Origin: Octopus vulgaris
Taxonomy: Eukaryota
Direction of reading: 5' to 3'
DNA: 64,000 nt
NCBI GenBank assembly: GCA_951406725.2
Contig: OX597821.1
Span: 46,438,001 to 46,502,000, forward strand
Numbering within the stretch: the stretch's first letter is position 1; the number at the start of each line of letters is the position of its first letter. The notes beneath the pieces were generated by a model, which was not told where the DNA came from, searched no databases, and worked only from the letters and a program-made list of their open reading frames with translations. A program made the translations under genes and the position numbers. Below, piece by piece: positions 14,493-26,689 of the stretch.

Positions 14493-14555
14493 TTGAGCTG
14501 ACGAAGGAAATGTTGAGTTTCAAATTCAACTAATCCAGAAACGTAACGTTCTCAA
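14493..14555 (+). ncRNA. Type I hammerhead ribozyme motif, intact core
   Basis: ttgag-CTGACGA-a-gga..gttgag..ttcaac..tcc-a-GAAA-cgtaacg-TT-ctcaa. Stem I has 5 bp; predicted cleavage after 14550. Confidence 0.8.
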
Positions 14556-14833
14556 ATGATCTTTGTACATGTGATATTTTGTTATTTTTCCCTCCATATC
14601 TACGTGAATTATTTTTGAGTAAACACTGTATGGGAGAGTTTTCTTATAGTAGAAGAAATGGCTAAAAAAACTTTTTGGCTGCTATTTCTAAAAGTTTCAG
14701 TGTGTGGTAAAGTAAATTATTTTACTGAGCCCTAATTATATAACGTGATATTTTAAATATACCTTGAATGGTCCTTTTACATACTGAACACTACTTGGTG
14801 AAATTAATTAATAATTAATTAATTTTACCCTTT

Positions 14834-14867
<34 letters not shown>

Positions 14868-15257
14868 ACACACGCACAAGTTTCATAGAATTACATAATT
14901 ATGCATGCAAATTTACCCAGGTATATGGACACATATATACACGCGCACATACTTATACAGGCATATGCACACCTAAATATATTGGCACATACAAAAACAT
15001 ACATGAAAATACACATATATTTGTGCATACAGTTATATAACCGCGCAGACACACAAGCACTTATAGACATGACATATACAAACATATACAAGGAGTGCAT
15101 TTAAACATACACACATACATACAAAACACAAAGCAGACGCACACACACATGAATAGATACATACTTATAAGCACACATATACATAAAACTATAAACCCAT
15201 AAATATTCACTGGTGTCAAATATAATACACGTGCATACATATAAAAGTATATATATT

Positions 15258-15390
15258 CATTATTTACATTTGACGGATATTTGTCCTCAACTTGTTTGTT
15301 GTTAACACAACATTTCGGCTGATATACCCTCCAGCCTTCATCAGGTGTCTTGGGGTAATTTCGAACCTGGGTTAGCATTCTTAAGGAATT
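15258..15390 (-). mobile_element. HHR-bearing SINE-like element, 3' part (inverted partner of 15590-15768)
   Basis: Reverse complement matches 15600-15725 and 39800-39862. Confidence 0.8.
15304..15349 (-). ncRNA. Minimal type I hammerhead ribozyme motif, intact core
   Basis: Minus: gacac-CTGATGA-a-ggctg-gagggtatat-cagcc-GAAA-tg-TT-gtgtt. Confidence 0.8.
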
Positions 15391-15512
15391 TCTTCTTCTT
15401 CTTCTTCTTCTTCTTCTTCTTCTTCTTCTTCTTCTTCTTCTTCTTCTTCTTCTTCTTCTTCTTCTTCTTCTTCTTCTTCTTCTTCTTCTTCTTTTTCTTC
15501 TTCTTCTTCTTC

Positions 15513-15557
<45 letters not shown>

Positions 15558-15589
15558 GTAATAATAATATAGTAATAATAATAATAACA

Positions 15590-15768
15590 ACAACAACATC
15601 GAAAAATACCTTCGGACTGAGAACCCAGGTTCGAAATTTCCCCAAGAAGGCTGGAGGGTATTTCAGCCGAAATGTTGTGTTAAAAACAAACAAGTTGAGG
15701 ACAAATACCCGTCAAATGTAAATAATGTAAATAATGTACATAATTCCTCATCTCTTAAATATAGAACT
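15590..15768 (+). mobile_element. Same element, copy lacking the CTGATGA core (10-nt deletion)
   Basis: cccaaga|aggctggagggtatttcagccGAAAtgttgtgtt lacks cacctgatga relative to the minus copy. Confidence 0.8.
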
Positions 15769-15771
15769 GTA

Positions 15772-15853
<82 letters not shown>

Positions 15854-15981
15854 GATTGATAGATAGATATATAGATACACACACATACACACACACACAT
15901 ATATGTACATATATACATATATTTGTATACATATAAAATATATAAACACTACATTCACATATATATTCATATAAACGCACA

Positions 15982-16037
<56 letters not shown>

Positions 16038-16164
16038 TACTGACTCATACACATACAAATACACACACACTTATATTTACATACACTTGAATATGCACGC
16101 TCATTAGAGACACATGACGATAAAAATCTATAAGAATATTAGTGTGTGTGTATATATCATATAT

Positions 16165-16228
<64 letters not shown>

Positions 16229-16270
16229 AGCGTGTGCGTATACATAACATTCATGCATACATACATATAA

Positions 16271-16402
16271 ACGCAGGAATGGCTGTGTGGTAAGAAGCTT
16301 GCTTTCCAACCATATTGTTCCAGGTTCAGTCCCACTGCGTGGCACCTCGGGCAAGTGTGTTCAACTACAGCCTCGGGCCGACCAAAGCCTTGCGAGTGGA
16401 TT
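16271..16402 (+). mobile_element. SINE family B, 5' part
   Basis: gcaggaatggctgtgtggtaag...ggttcagtcccactgcgtggcacctcgggcaagtg. Confidence 0.8.
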
Positions 16403-16456
16403 GCCTCACCGGAGGCAAGGTATATATGCAGGAGAAAACCTCTAGATAGAATCCCG

Positions 16457-16514
<58 letters not shown>

Positions 16515-16767
16515 CATAAAAAGACTTTAGAACGCTGATGATCTAAACTAATAAGTAGGCTTTGTGGGTGCTGTAATTGGTAAGCCGCTAGGATCCAAGG
16601 ACGCTAGGATCCGTAGCCTACATTCGATCCAGCGAGTAGAAGTTAAAGGAAGAGGAAAACAAATCAAGGCAGGACAAACTTATCAGATCATTTAAATTAG
16701 TTTACTTAATATAGTAGTGAATTGAAGTAAGCAAAAGTAAAAGTAAATAATAAGGTCTTACAGCTGA

Positions 16768-17272
16768 AGGTTGGGTTTTACAACAGGATAACGACCCTAA
16801 GCACACGGCGAAGTCTACCAAACATGGATTGTCGATCACAATATAAAATTATTAGAATGGCCAAGCCAGTCAATTGACTTGAACCCCATTGAAAATTCGT
16901 GGCGTTATTGGAAAATTAAAATTCATTCAAGAGCCCTAAAGTGCATTGCAGATTTGAAGAAAATTTGTCAAGAAGAATGGGAAAAAATTCCTAAAGAAAC
17001 ATACGAACTACAAGAAGAGATTGGTTGAAGTGGAATTGAATAATGGTTATGCTACCAAGTATTAAATCAGAATTATCAGTTATTTACTTTTTTCACCCCT
17101 AAATATTTATAATTGTATACAAATTTATTAGTTACAATAATTTATTAGTTTCTTTGTATATTCTTAGTTTATGCATGTGTATGCAAATATAGTATTGGTA
17201 TATCCCATTTATGCTCAGAAATTGAATAAATAAATAACTTTGACATGCACGAATATCTATTTTCCCCAACTG
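16768..17272 (+). mobile_element. Tc1 transposase C-terminal fragment with right end
   Basis: QQDNDPKHT, EWPSQS.DLNPIEN, EEWEKIP, GYATKY. Ends ...caactg-TA. Confidence 0.85.
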
Positions 17273-17439
17273 TATGTATGTATGTATGTATGTATGTATG
17301 TATGTATGTATGTATGTATGTATGTATGTATGAATGTATGTATGTATGTATGTATGTAAATATATAGATGTATGTATGTATGCATGTATGCATGTATGTG
17401 TGTATGTGTGTATGTGTGTATGTGTTCAGATTTGTATGT

Positions 17440-18203
17440 TTTGTTTTATGTATGTATTCTCATGCATATATATTTAAATGATAATCTTCTGGAAAGTTTT
17501 ACAGATTTTTACAGTTCCAGTGATGGATTGGATCTGTAGTCTTCGAATTAGCTTTCTACTTTCTAGTTTTGAGACGCCTAATTTCTCAAGATTGGTATTT
17601 AGGCAGTTTTTTACATATCCCAGTGCCTCAATAAGTACAGGTATAAACCTGAACTTGTAATCTGGACAGAGTAACTGCAGATTTCTCAATAGTTCAGCGT
17701 AGGTGTTCTTTTTTTCACTGATCTCCAGCTTAATGTTAACATCCGCTGGGCAGATAATTTCCACAACTGTACACAGTTTCTCTTCTCTATCCCAAATCAT
17801 TATATCAGGCCTGTTGTGCTTACATTTTATTGTGGTTTTCACTGGGACATTCCAACAGTATTTCTTTTTATTACGAGTGGCTTTGGCTTCTAGCATATTG
17901 TGGGTTGTTATTTATTTGTCCTCGGGATTATTTTTCCAACGGCTTTCAGGACTTTCGCTACAATATCATGTCTCAACGGTAGATAATACCGCGATGACAT
18001 TTCCGGGCAACTGCTTATGATGTGGGTGATATCCTTGGTGTTAACTTCACAAAGTCTGCATTGGCTCTCACATTTTGCTGCTTTTTCTGCATCTTTATAC
18101 CTTTTGCGCATTAGGTATTTGGTTGATATTTCCTGTTCCTGGATTGCAAACGCATACCCTTCAAAGTGGGAAGTAGTAGGCCGGACATTGGTCCATCATA
18201 GAC
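17440..18203 (-). mobile_element. R4/Dong-type RLE LINE 3' end (family in (TATG)n)
   Basis: CCHC knuckle CRLC..DITHIISSC, RHD, RPDIMI..E, K..Y. Flanked by (TATG)n on both sides. Confidence 0.85.
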
Positions 18204-18225
18204 TGTATGTATGTATGTATGTATG

Positions 18226-18259
<34 letters not shown>

Positions 18260-18351
18260 TGTATGTATGTATGTATGTATGTATGTATGTTTGTATGTAT
18301 GTATATATGTATGAATATATGTACGTATGCCTATCTGTCTGTATGAACGTG

Positions 18352-18415
<64 letters not shown>

Positions 18416-18597
18416 ACAAAGTAGGGTGACAAGTCTAGGTAGATATCAATTCAGTCTCAAATCTGGCTCTGACCACACAGTGTTTTAATTCGATTTAAAA
18501 TACTTAATATAGTAGGTCCCGAGAAAATGTAATAAAGTAGACAATGGAAACAGATATAATAATCCTTAATATATTTATCCATATAAATAAATAATTT

Positions 18598-18704
18598 TCC
18601 GACATATGTTTCTGCTTAATTACTCGGAGTATATCTATTTTAATTAAATACATAATTAAATAATCGTCAATACAATGTATTTAGTAAAAAAGCTCCTTCA
18701 GGGA
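18598..18704 (-). ncRNA. Degenerate type I hammerhead motif (A9G, long stem II)
   Basis: Minus: tcc-CTGAAGG-a-gctt...aagc-a-GAAA-catatg-TC-gga. Palindromic stem III ACATATGT. Confidence 0.55.
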
Positions 18705-19474
18705 TTCCAGTGAAATTCCTATTTGCACCATTTAAAGTATTTATAAACTAAATCATTAAAATCGTTAATTACTATTAAGAACGCTAAAATATATAAGAAA
18801 TAAAACGAAAAAAAATTGTTATGTATAATGGAAAGAAAAAAATTAATTTCACAGAATGAATAGAAATCGAAATTGGAACAATGTCTTTTCGGTGTTCTCA
18901 TTTTTTCTATTCCAAGCAGCCCAAGTTACAGCATAATATAACGAAAACTTTATCTGAAAAATAAAACATATTAGTTCTAAAGATTATTTCTCTTAGTAAA
19001 ATATTAACCTCATCCTATATAAACATTTGATACCTTATGATTTATTAAATATACCACACACATACACATACATACATTTACATAAATGCATGTATTTATA
19101 CTTATATAATATTCCTATATATACACACATACAAATACATGCATATGTCCATACATGTTCACACACACAAACACACATATTAATGAACTTGCAAACATGC
19201 ATACATGCACACATACATGCATGTATATATGTGTTTACATCTATACATAAAAATATGCTCGTACGCACACGTTCACGCATGCATTTTCACACTCACATAT
19301 ACTCACACACACACATATATATATACATGTATATGTATACATACATAAACATATATACACACATATACATATATATATATATATATATCAATACACATAC
19401 ATATACATATCTACAGACAGCCACATACACATATATACGCTAACACAGAGATATATACGTATGTGTACGTACAT

Positions 19475-19522
<48 letters not shown>

Positions 19523-19877
19523 TTCTTCCTTTCCCTCTCTGTCTCTTTCATCCTCTCGTTCTCGATTTTCTCCCGCAGTCCTTCCTCCTCTATCTCTCTT
19601 TTCTCTCTCCTTCTCTCTCCCCATCGTTTCTCTATCCCTCTGATTTCATTTTCCCTCTCTAGTATTCCTTAATCCCTTTTCCCTCTTCCTCTTATCTCTC
19701 AGTCGCTTTTGCTTTCCTTCCTCACCTCCCTTGTATCTCGTTTCTCTCTCTCTATATCTCTCTCCCTCCCTCATATTCTGTGATCCCTCCTTCTCATTAT
19801 TTGGTCCCTCTGATTTCTCTCCCCTCTCTTATATTCCTTAGTCTCTCTGCCTTCTTCAACTCCTCCCCTCCTCTACC

Positions 19878-20415
19878 AAGTGATCGCTGTTCGGCTTATG
19901 CATGGTCGTCCTTTTTTCGGCTGACCGCCTTTGAGGTCAGTCGCATCTGTTCTCTCCTGTCTCGCCACCCAGTCAGTACGATTTTTCCAATTCCTTTTTC
20001 CTTGTGCTAGCTTACTACACTGTCTGATAGTGGAAAGACTCTGTTTTGTTTTATTTTTGTTGTATAACCGAAAGGTTTTTGTCCATTGTATATGTATGAT
20101 TCTATTTCTTATGTCACGTTCGTCCGATAGTCGAAAAACTCTATTTGTTATTTCCTTGCGTTTGTATATGTACCTTCGTTTGTCTTGCTCAGGGGCTTAA
20201 TGCCTTTAGCTTAAGCCCGTGGCCTAACTTGTTTCGAGTAGTATCGGAGAGGATTGGGCGAAACTACGTGGACATTCCAAACTCCGACTGAAGAAGCAAT
20301 TGGCTGCGAATGATCCGTGTATCTTGTTTTGTCCTGTTTGCCATTGTTGTGCTATCGTCCTTTTCCTGTTTGTTATGTATTGACGATTTCCGTTTGTTGT
20401 GATTTTTACCTCTGA
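19878..20415 (+). mobile_element. About 540-bp non-coding pLTR-like element carrying the permuted HHR candidate
   Basis: Lies between CT-rich and TA-rich tracts. 20290-20340 is homologous to 54722-54765. Confidence 0.55.
20238..20301 (+). ncRNA. Candidate hammerhead with non-canonical strand order
   Basis: gtag-TA-tcggag ... gattgggc-GAAA-ctac ... ctccga-CTGAAGA-agcaatt. Stem III 5 bp and stem I 6 bp are perfect; stem II is bulged. Confidence 0.55.
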
Positions 20416-20639
20416 TTTATATATATACATATATACACACACACATATACCTACATTAGACATACATTCAAATGCACACATACATATACCTACACACAAA
20501 AAATGAAAATAAAAAATAGCAACAAAAATATAAAAATACAGACGTTAAAAATATTAAAAATACCAAAATTATTAAAAATATTAGAAACTAGGTATCATTT
20601 ATCCCTATATATTAATGAGGTTTATTAGTATTAACATAA

Positions 20640-21060
20640 TAAATCATCCTTTATAAAATAAATAATTTTCCATAAACTTGTGGGTACAATTCATATTAAA
20701 ATTAGAGGTCAAATTAATCAATCTTGATGTAAGTATCAAAAATAGTTCAGCTAGACATAAATTGCACCTATTACTACCAAAGAAGTAAGGTTTTGCATAT
20801 CCAATTATCACCCATTTAATTTCATAATCAATGTTCTTTTCCTTCAGTCTCCATATATATTTACTAAGTTTAGTAGATCGACTTATTTTTTGCTAATACG
20901 AAAATCTGAGCAATGATTATTATATCGTGATTTAAACTTATTTGAAGTACATCCAAGGTAACAAGCCATTTCACCTTTAGTTCTTACCTCAGATCTATAT
21001 ACTAATTTCTTTCCTAGACACAACCCATTTAGTGGACATTTAGTTATATCTCTACAATGA
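20640..21060 (-). mobile_element. Penelope-like GIY-YIG fragment
   Basis: Minus: KCPLNGLCLGKKLVYRSEV..CYLGCTSNKFKSRYNNH..TKLSKYIWRLK. Confidence 0.8.
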
Positions 21061-21076
21061 CAATTAATTACTGGAT

Positions 21077-21119
<43 letters not shown>

Positions 21120-21176
21120 GCAGCCATTATCATCATTATTTCTACCCCTGTTCTCAGGATCATTAATATTACTTTC

Positions 21177-21253
<77 letters not shown>

Positions 21254-21254
21254 G

Positions 21255-21322
<68 letters not shown>

Positions 21323-21344
21323 TATTATTATTATTATTATTTTA

Positions 21345-22198
21345 TGTTTGACTTTTGCTTTGCATTTGTACAACTTGGCTCCAAGTATCACCCAGAGACC
21401 TCAAGAGACAAGTTAGAAGTTCATGTTGGTGTTATGCCTAGGATGCCATATATTTGGTTTTGTACATAGTGTTGTTCTAGAGAATGTTTAAGAAACCATA
21501 AGAAAATTATGTGTTTGTTTTAAAATTTGAAATTACATAGACAGTACTTTACGTAGGATATGAGCAGTTCTCACGAGCACTATCTTTTCAGTTTCAGCCA
21601 TTTTGGGGTTTCCTGGTAGCGATCAACCCTTTTGCTATCATCTATACTTGCTCAGTTTTTGGTAGGTCTTGACGGATACGTTTATATCGATTGGGACAGT
21701 CATATCAATGAGGAGGCATGATTTTTGTATGAAGTCTTTCAATATAATGTCTGGCCTATTTGCATCTCTCTTTCTGTCAGTTTGAATGGTGGAATTCGGG
21801 AGGAGTGAGATGTGATCATTTTCAAGCACTGAAGGTGTTCCTACCAGTTTTTTTTTTATCATGGGGCAGGTCCAGGTTTTTGTACATTACCCAGTGGATT
21901 TTTTGTGCTGCTCTATCATGCCTGTTGAGATACTCTGTAGGTGCTAGAAGACTGCACATGGAGACATGATCAATGGTCTCATTTTGTTGTTGACATACAT
22001 GACATATTGGGGAGCTACCGTTCTTTAATATGTTGGCCTGGTAGTTTCTTGTAGGTACGCATTGTTTTGGGGCTGCTATGATAAACCCTTCTGTTTCTGA
22101 TTTTAAGCCAGAAGCCATTAACCATTGATGGATAAAGGCTTTGTCAACATCGGCATTATTAGCTCTCTTTGGGTATTTGCCATTGAGAGGTTTTTCTT
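21345..22198 (-). mobile_element. R4/Dong-type RLE LINE 3' end next to (TAA)n
   Basis: LKSETEGFIIAA, CHVC..ETIDHV..C, RHD, NRPDII..LID, KLSKY. Confidence 0.88.
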
Positions 22199-22427
22199 GC
22201 ACGCACGCACACACACACACACACACATACTACGATCTTCTTTCAAATCCACTCAGGAGGTTACATACATACATACATACATACATAGACTTAACAAAAT
22301 GATTTTGGGATATAGAAGAGAAACTGTGCACAGTTGTGGAAATCAGCTGCCCAGCAGATGTTAACAGGAAGTTAAAAATCAGCGAAAAAGAAAATATTTA
22401 CGTTGGTCTATTGAGAAATTTGTAGTT

Positions 22428-22700
22428 ACTCTGTCCAGATTACAAGTTCAGGTTTATACCTGTAATTATTGGGGTACAGGGAATATGAAACACACTGCCT
22501 AAATACCAATCTTGATAAATCAGGCTTGTCAAAACCAGAAAGGAGAAAGCTAATTCGAAGTCTACAGATCCAAGAAGTCACTGAAACTGTAAAAGTCCAT
22601 AAGGCTTTCCAGAAGTTCATCATTCAAGTACATTTGATAGAAAGGAGCTGCATTCCACTATGTTGTCTGAACTTTGTTAGACTCAGATATGTGCGTTTCA
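22428..22700 (+). mobile_element. R4/Dong-type LINE C-terminal fragment (same family as 17440-18203)
   Basis: CLNTNLDKSGLSKPERRKLIRSLQIQ..VK..K.FQKFII. Confidence 0.8.
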
Positions 22701-22985
22701 GCAACTAATGTATTTTAAAGAACCGTTACTTGTGTATATGTATATGCAAATTTGTTAATGCTTTTGTTCAGGTGTACCTGTAATGTGTTGAAAAACAAAA
22801 GTATCCGTTAGTTAGCTTAAACAATATTTCGATACGATTACTTTACCTTCAAATAAAACAACATTCATAATTTACATTATTAGATACGATAGCTCGAAAT
22901 GTCAGTAAAGTATTTAATCACTTAATATATTTGTTATAATTCACTCAATTGTAATTAATCTCTAGTAAATACAGCTAAATAATAA

Positions 22986-23080
<95 letters not shown>

Positions 23081-23720
23081 TTATTTTTTTTCAGTTTTGC
23101 TTCTATTTTTAAACCATAGTTACGTATATGTAATAACCTTTCTGGGTGCATGCGTTTGTTAATATGTTGAAAGTTACTTGACGAATCAAAACTGCTTACT
23201 GTTTAGCAAAGATGAATATTAAATCATCAGTATATGTGCACAATATATTTATTTATAATAGTTATAATAGATACATACAATGATAATTGAGGAAAGCTTG
23301 TCTCCATTGAATATGTCATGTGACAGTTAAAAATGAGAGATATAAATAAATAATATAATTGTTTACACAAAAGTATTAACATAATTATTGTTTATTGTTC
23401 TGTAGAAGAATAGTGTTATTAATTAGTGCTAGTTCGCTCCCTTCCAACATGTCCAAATACATCCCTTGTTTGTTAATAAGTAAATAATGAGGTGTGCAAT
23501 AAATAAGATAGATGATAGTTGGTGCATGAATTTTGGTTATTTTAAGAACGAGCCCAACTAGACATTCTACAATAATTAATTCATAGGAAAAACTGAATCA
23601 TGTATTACTGATGTTTTTATAGCCTGTTCAGCAGTGGCTTGTAATTTTGATAACTGAATTTTCCTTATTAAGTCTTTGTTGCTCTGAGGTACTCTTCATA
23701 TATATATATATATATATATA

Positions 23721-23937
23721 AAGTTAATCCAAACAAGAAAACACAAAAAAAAACAAAAAAAAAGACACAACAACGCGAGGACGTGGAACAAATATAGTAT
23801 TATTGGACGCTCAGAAAAGAAGGGAAGAAGGAGGGTTTAACGTTTCGAGCGGAGCTCTTCGTCGGAAACATAGGAGAAGGAAAGATCCCGAGAAGGGAAG
23901 ACAGGAAAAAAATCGCCAACGGTACTCACGAGGTCAC
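23721..23937 (-). mobile_element. About 220-bp solo HHR-containing element inserted in (TA)n
   Basis: Non-coding unit bounded by TA repeats on both sides, with an HHR at 23835-23869. Confidence 0.7.
23835..23869 (-). ncRNA. Minimal type I hammerhead motif (U4C variant)
   Basis: Minus: gttt-CCGACGA-a-gagc-tcc-gctc-GAAA-cg-TT-aaac. Only 35 nt, palindromic AACGTT. Confidence 0.72.
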
Positions 23938-23944
23938 GTATATA

Positions 23945-24022
23945 TATAATCAAAATAAGCAACAAGGATATCCAAGGTAGTGTACACTACCTTGGGTATC
24001 CTTGTTGCTTATTTTGATTATA
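23945..24022. repeat. 78-bp spacerless palindrome (1 mismatch)
   Basis: tataatcaaaataagcaacaaggatatccaaggtagtgt|acactaccttgggtatccttgttgcttattttgattata. Confidence 0.95.
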
Positions 24023-24119
24023 ATCACCTCATTTGATTTATATGGATAATACCATACCAAATTCTGGTGCCTTTAACTAAAGTACTATATTCATCTGAAT
24101 CTAAATTTTGCTGAACTTG

Positions 24120-24155
<36 letters not shown>

Positions 24156-26297
24156 GTGTGTGTGTGTATGAAGAGAAAGATAGAAACAGAGCGGCAGAGA
24201 GAGACAAAGAGGCAGAGAGAAAGGGAGAGACAAAGAAATATTGATAGCTACATATTTACATATTCCGTTTTTATATTACTAGTTTCCTCATTACTTGGGT
24301 CTGTGTCTAATTCCTCTTCATACATTGTTTCTTAAAAGAGAATGAACACAAACACTGGCGAATCGATAACAGTTTCATTGGCTTAGGTATTTTGTGGACT
24401 TTCTATATCTGTGTATTCGTTTAAACACTTTGATGGAGTGTTTGAGTCTGAGTGTGTGTACGTTGTGTTGAAACATACATGTGAATTTCTTATATTAAGA
24501 ATTTTCTTGAACTGAGGAAAACAATGGAAAGAGAAAATGATTTTCATTCACTTTTTTAATTTTCAAAGAAAAGGTTGACTTACATGGACAAAATCTTCAA
24601 TAAAAAATGAATGAGACGTGAAACAGATAGTGTATATTTCTAGCGACGAAAGACATTTACGTTTCATGCGAAAGAGGACAGTTTAGAAAGGAATGTATCG
24701 TTGAAGCCAGTATAATTCCCGATCCTGTTATTAAAAATTGCTAGCTGTGATTTTGTGAGAATGTGTGGGAAAGTTGTGTTTTTTTGTTTTCATCATAAAT
24801 AGTCAATAAAATGTTATCAGCTTCTTTCGCTAGAAAATTTGAAGTCCACACAATGAATATTGATCTAAATCCATTAAACCCGTCTCCGTCAGTTATTTGC
24901 CACGTCTCATATTTCAGTTTAGTTCTAATCTAACTTTGCTCAAAATTTTAATGTAATCTCACTTTATTTAATCCTATTGCTTTAACATTAGCTTTAACAA
25001 TTAAAAATACATGCTGATGAGACCTCCATTGGATTAATATTAGTGAGATTACTACCAACATCACATTTTAATAGTGTACAGTAGAATCCGAAGAACGAGC
25101 AATGTGGAGCCTTATGGTGTTTGATTACATCCCTTTACCTTTACATTCCAAATCAAATCCTCTCAAGATTGACTTTACCTTTTATTCTACACGAACCCCA
25201 GGAAGTACTGTGGATTGATTGTAATAACGATACACATCCCTCTCAAAATATAAATATATTTTCCAAAATATTTCACTTTTCTTTCTTCTTTAATGTTCTG
25301 CGAAAGAAATACAGTTTAGCAAAACAGGATAATTGACACCAAAATGCTAAGGTACAGAATCTATGATAATTGACAAATTTTCACCCAGCATGCGAAAACT
25401 AAGAATCAATAAAATATGACAATTAACGAGAATTATTCAAAGAGCACTTTCAGTAATGTGATTCCTTCGGAAATTGATGAAAATTCTCTATGAATATCAG
25501 TGTTAGTTTTAATTTTTGATTTGATTAAAGAAATACTATCCTTTAAACTCTAAACACACAAAGACAACAAAGTGGTAACGCAGCTGATTAATGCTTTACA
25601 CATACATAGATACAGGCAGATACATGCACACACATACAAATACACAGGCAATTTATGTCATACACATATACACGCAAATACAGGGCTAATTAACATCATA
25701 CCTTCATTTGAACAACGCATACAAAATAGGTAATCAATGCCATATACGCACAGAAACGCACAAAAACACAGGTAATTAATGTGATACACACAAGCACACA
25801 CACAAACTCTCTAATACGTAAATAATTAATATCGTGCGCACAAAAATGCACACAAGCACACGTTCATACAATCATACACAAACACAACCATACAAATACA
25901 TACGCAAATTCAAAAATAACTAATGCCATGCGTACGCACAAATATGTTCGTATATATATTTGAAAATATTATATTGTTAAACTGAATATTAGCTTCCATT
26001 AAAAATGAAGAAAAAGTGTCGTTTTATTAATATTTTAGAGGAAAATATGTCGTTAGAATTATTACTGTAGATCTGAATTGTATGTGTTTGTTGGAAATAA
26101 TTTTTCTTTCTCTCACTCTCAATCATTTTCTGTCTATTTGTCAATTTGTCTCTCTGTCTCTCTCTCTTTCATTCTCCCCCTCTCTCTCTTTGTCTCTCTT
26201 TTTATTGTTTTATATATATATTGTTTTATATATATATAATGTTTTATATATATATATATATTGTTTTATATATATATATATTGTTTTATATATATAT

Positions 26298-26490
26298 ATT
26301 AGGTTGTTCAGAAAATTCTTGCGGTTTTTAACCTTTAACCTTTAAATTCAGATGCACATATCTTGGCTCAAACAAAACTTTATTAACCAAAATAAACACC
26401 ATCAGAATCAACACACTTTTGCCAACGCGAAACAAGTAGTTTATTTATGCTATTAGCGTAAAAATCCTACGTTCTTTTATATATAAAATC
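26298..26490 (-). mobile_element. mariner right-end fragment
   Basis: TA-ttaggttgttcagaaaattcttgcgg TIR-like end and LVSRWQKCVDSDGVYF C-terminus on minus. Confidence 0.65.
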
Positions 26491-26689
26491 TTCGTCTAAT
26501 GACGTACTGTAATAGGTATATACTATAAAGGCGGGGTTTGGTTGGCCACTAAAGCTCCGGCTTGAACTGCACGTAAAAGAAAGGTGTTGTTGAAAATGTT
26601 TATCAGAGATGGCTAGAAGGGATTCATCGTTGAGCAGGTAGAACATTTAGTTTATAATTTAACAATAGGACTAGGAAGTTATTGTAAAC

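Noticed and set aside
16533-16635. CTGATGA within an imperfect hairpin
   Set aside because: No GAAA in the right position; the pairing does not give an HHR junction.
25010-25115. Hammerhead starting at CTGATGA
   Set aside because: Could not place GAAA-stem III-UH in register.
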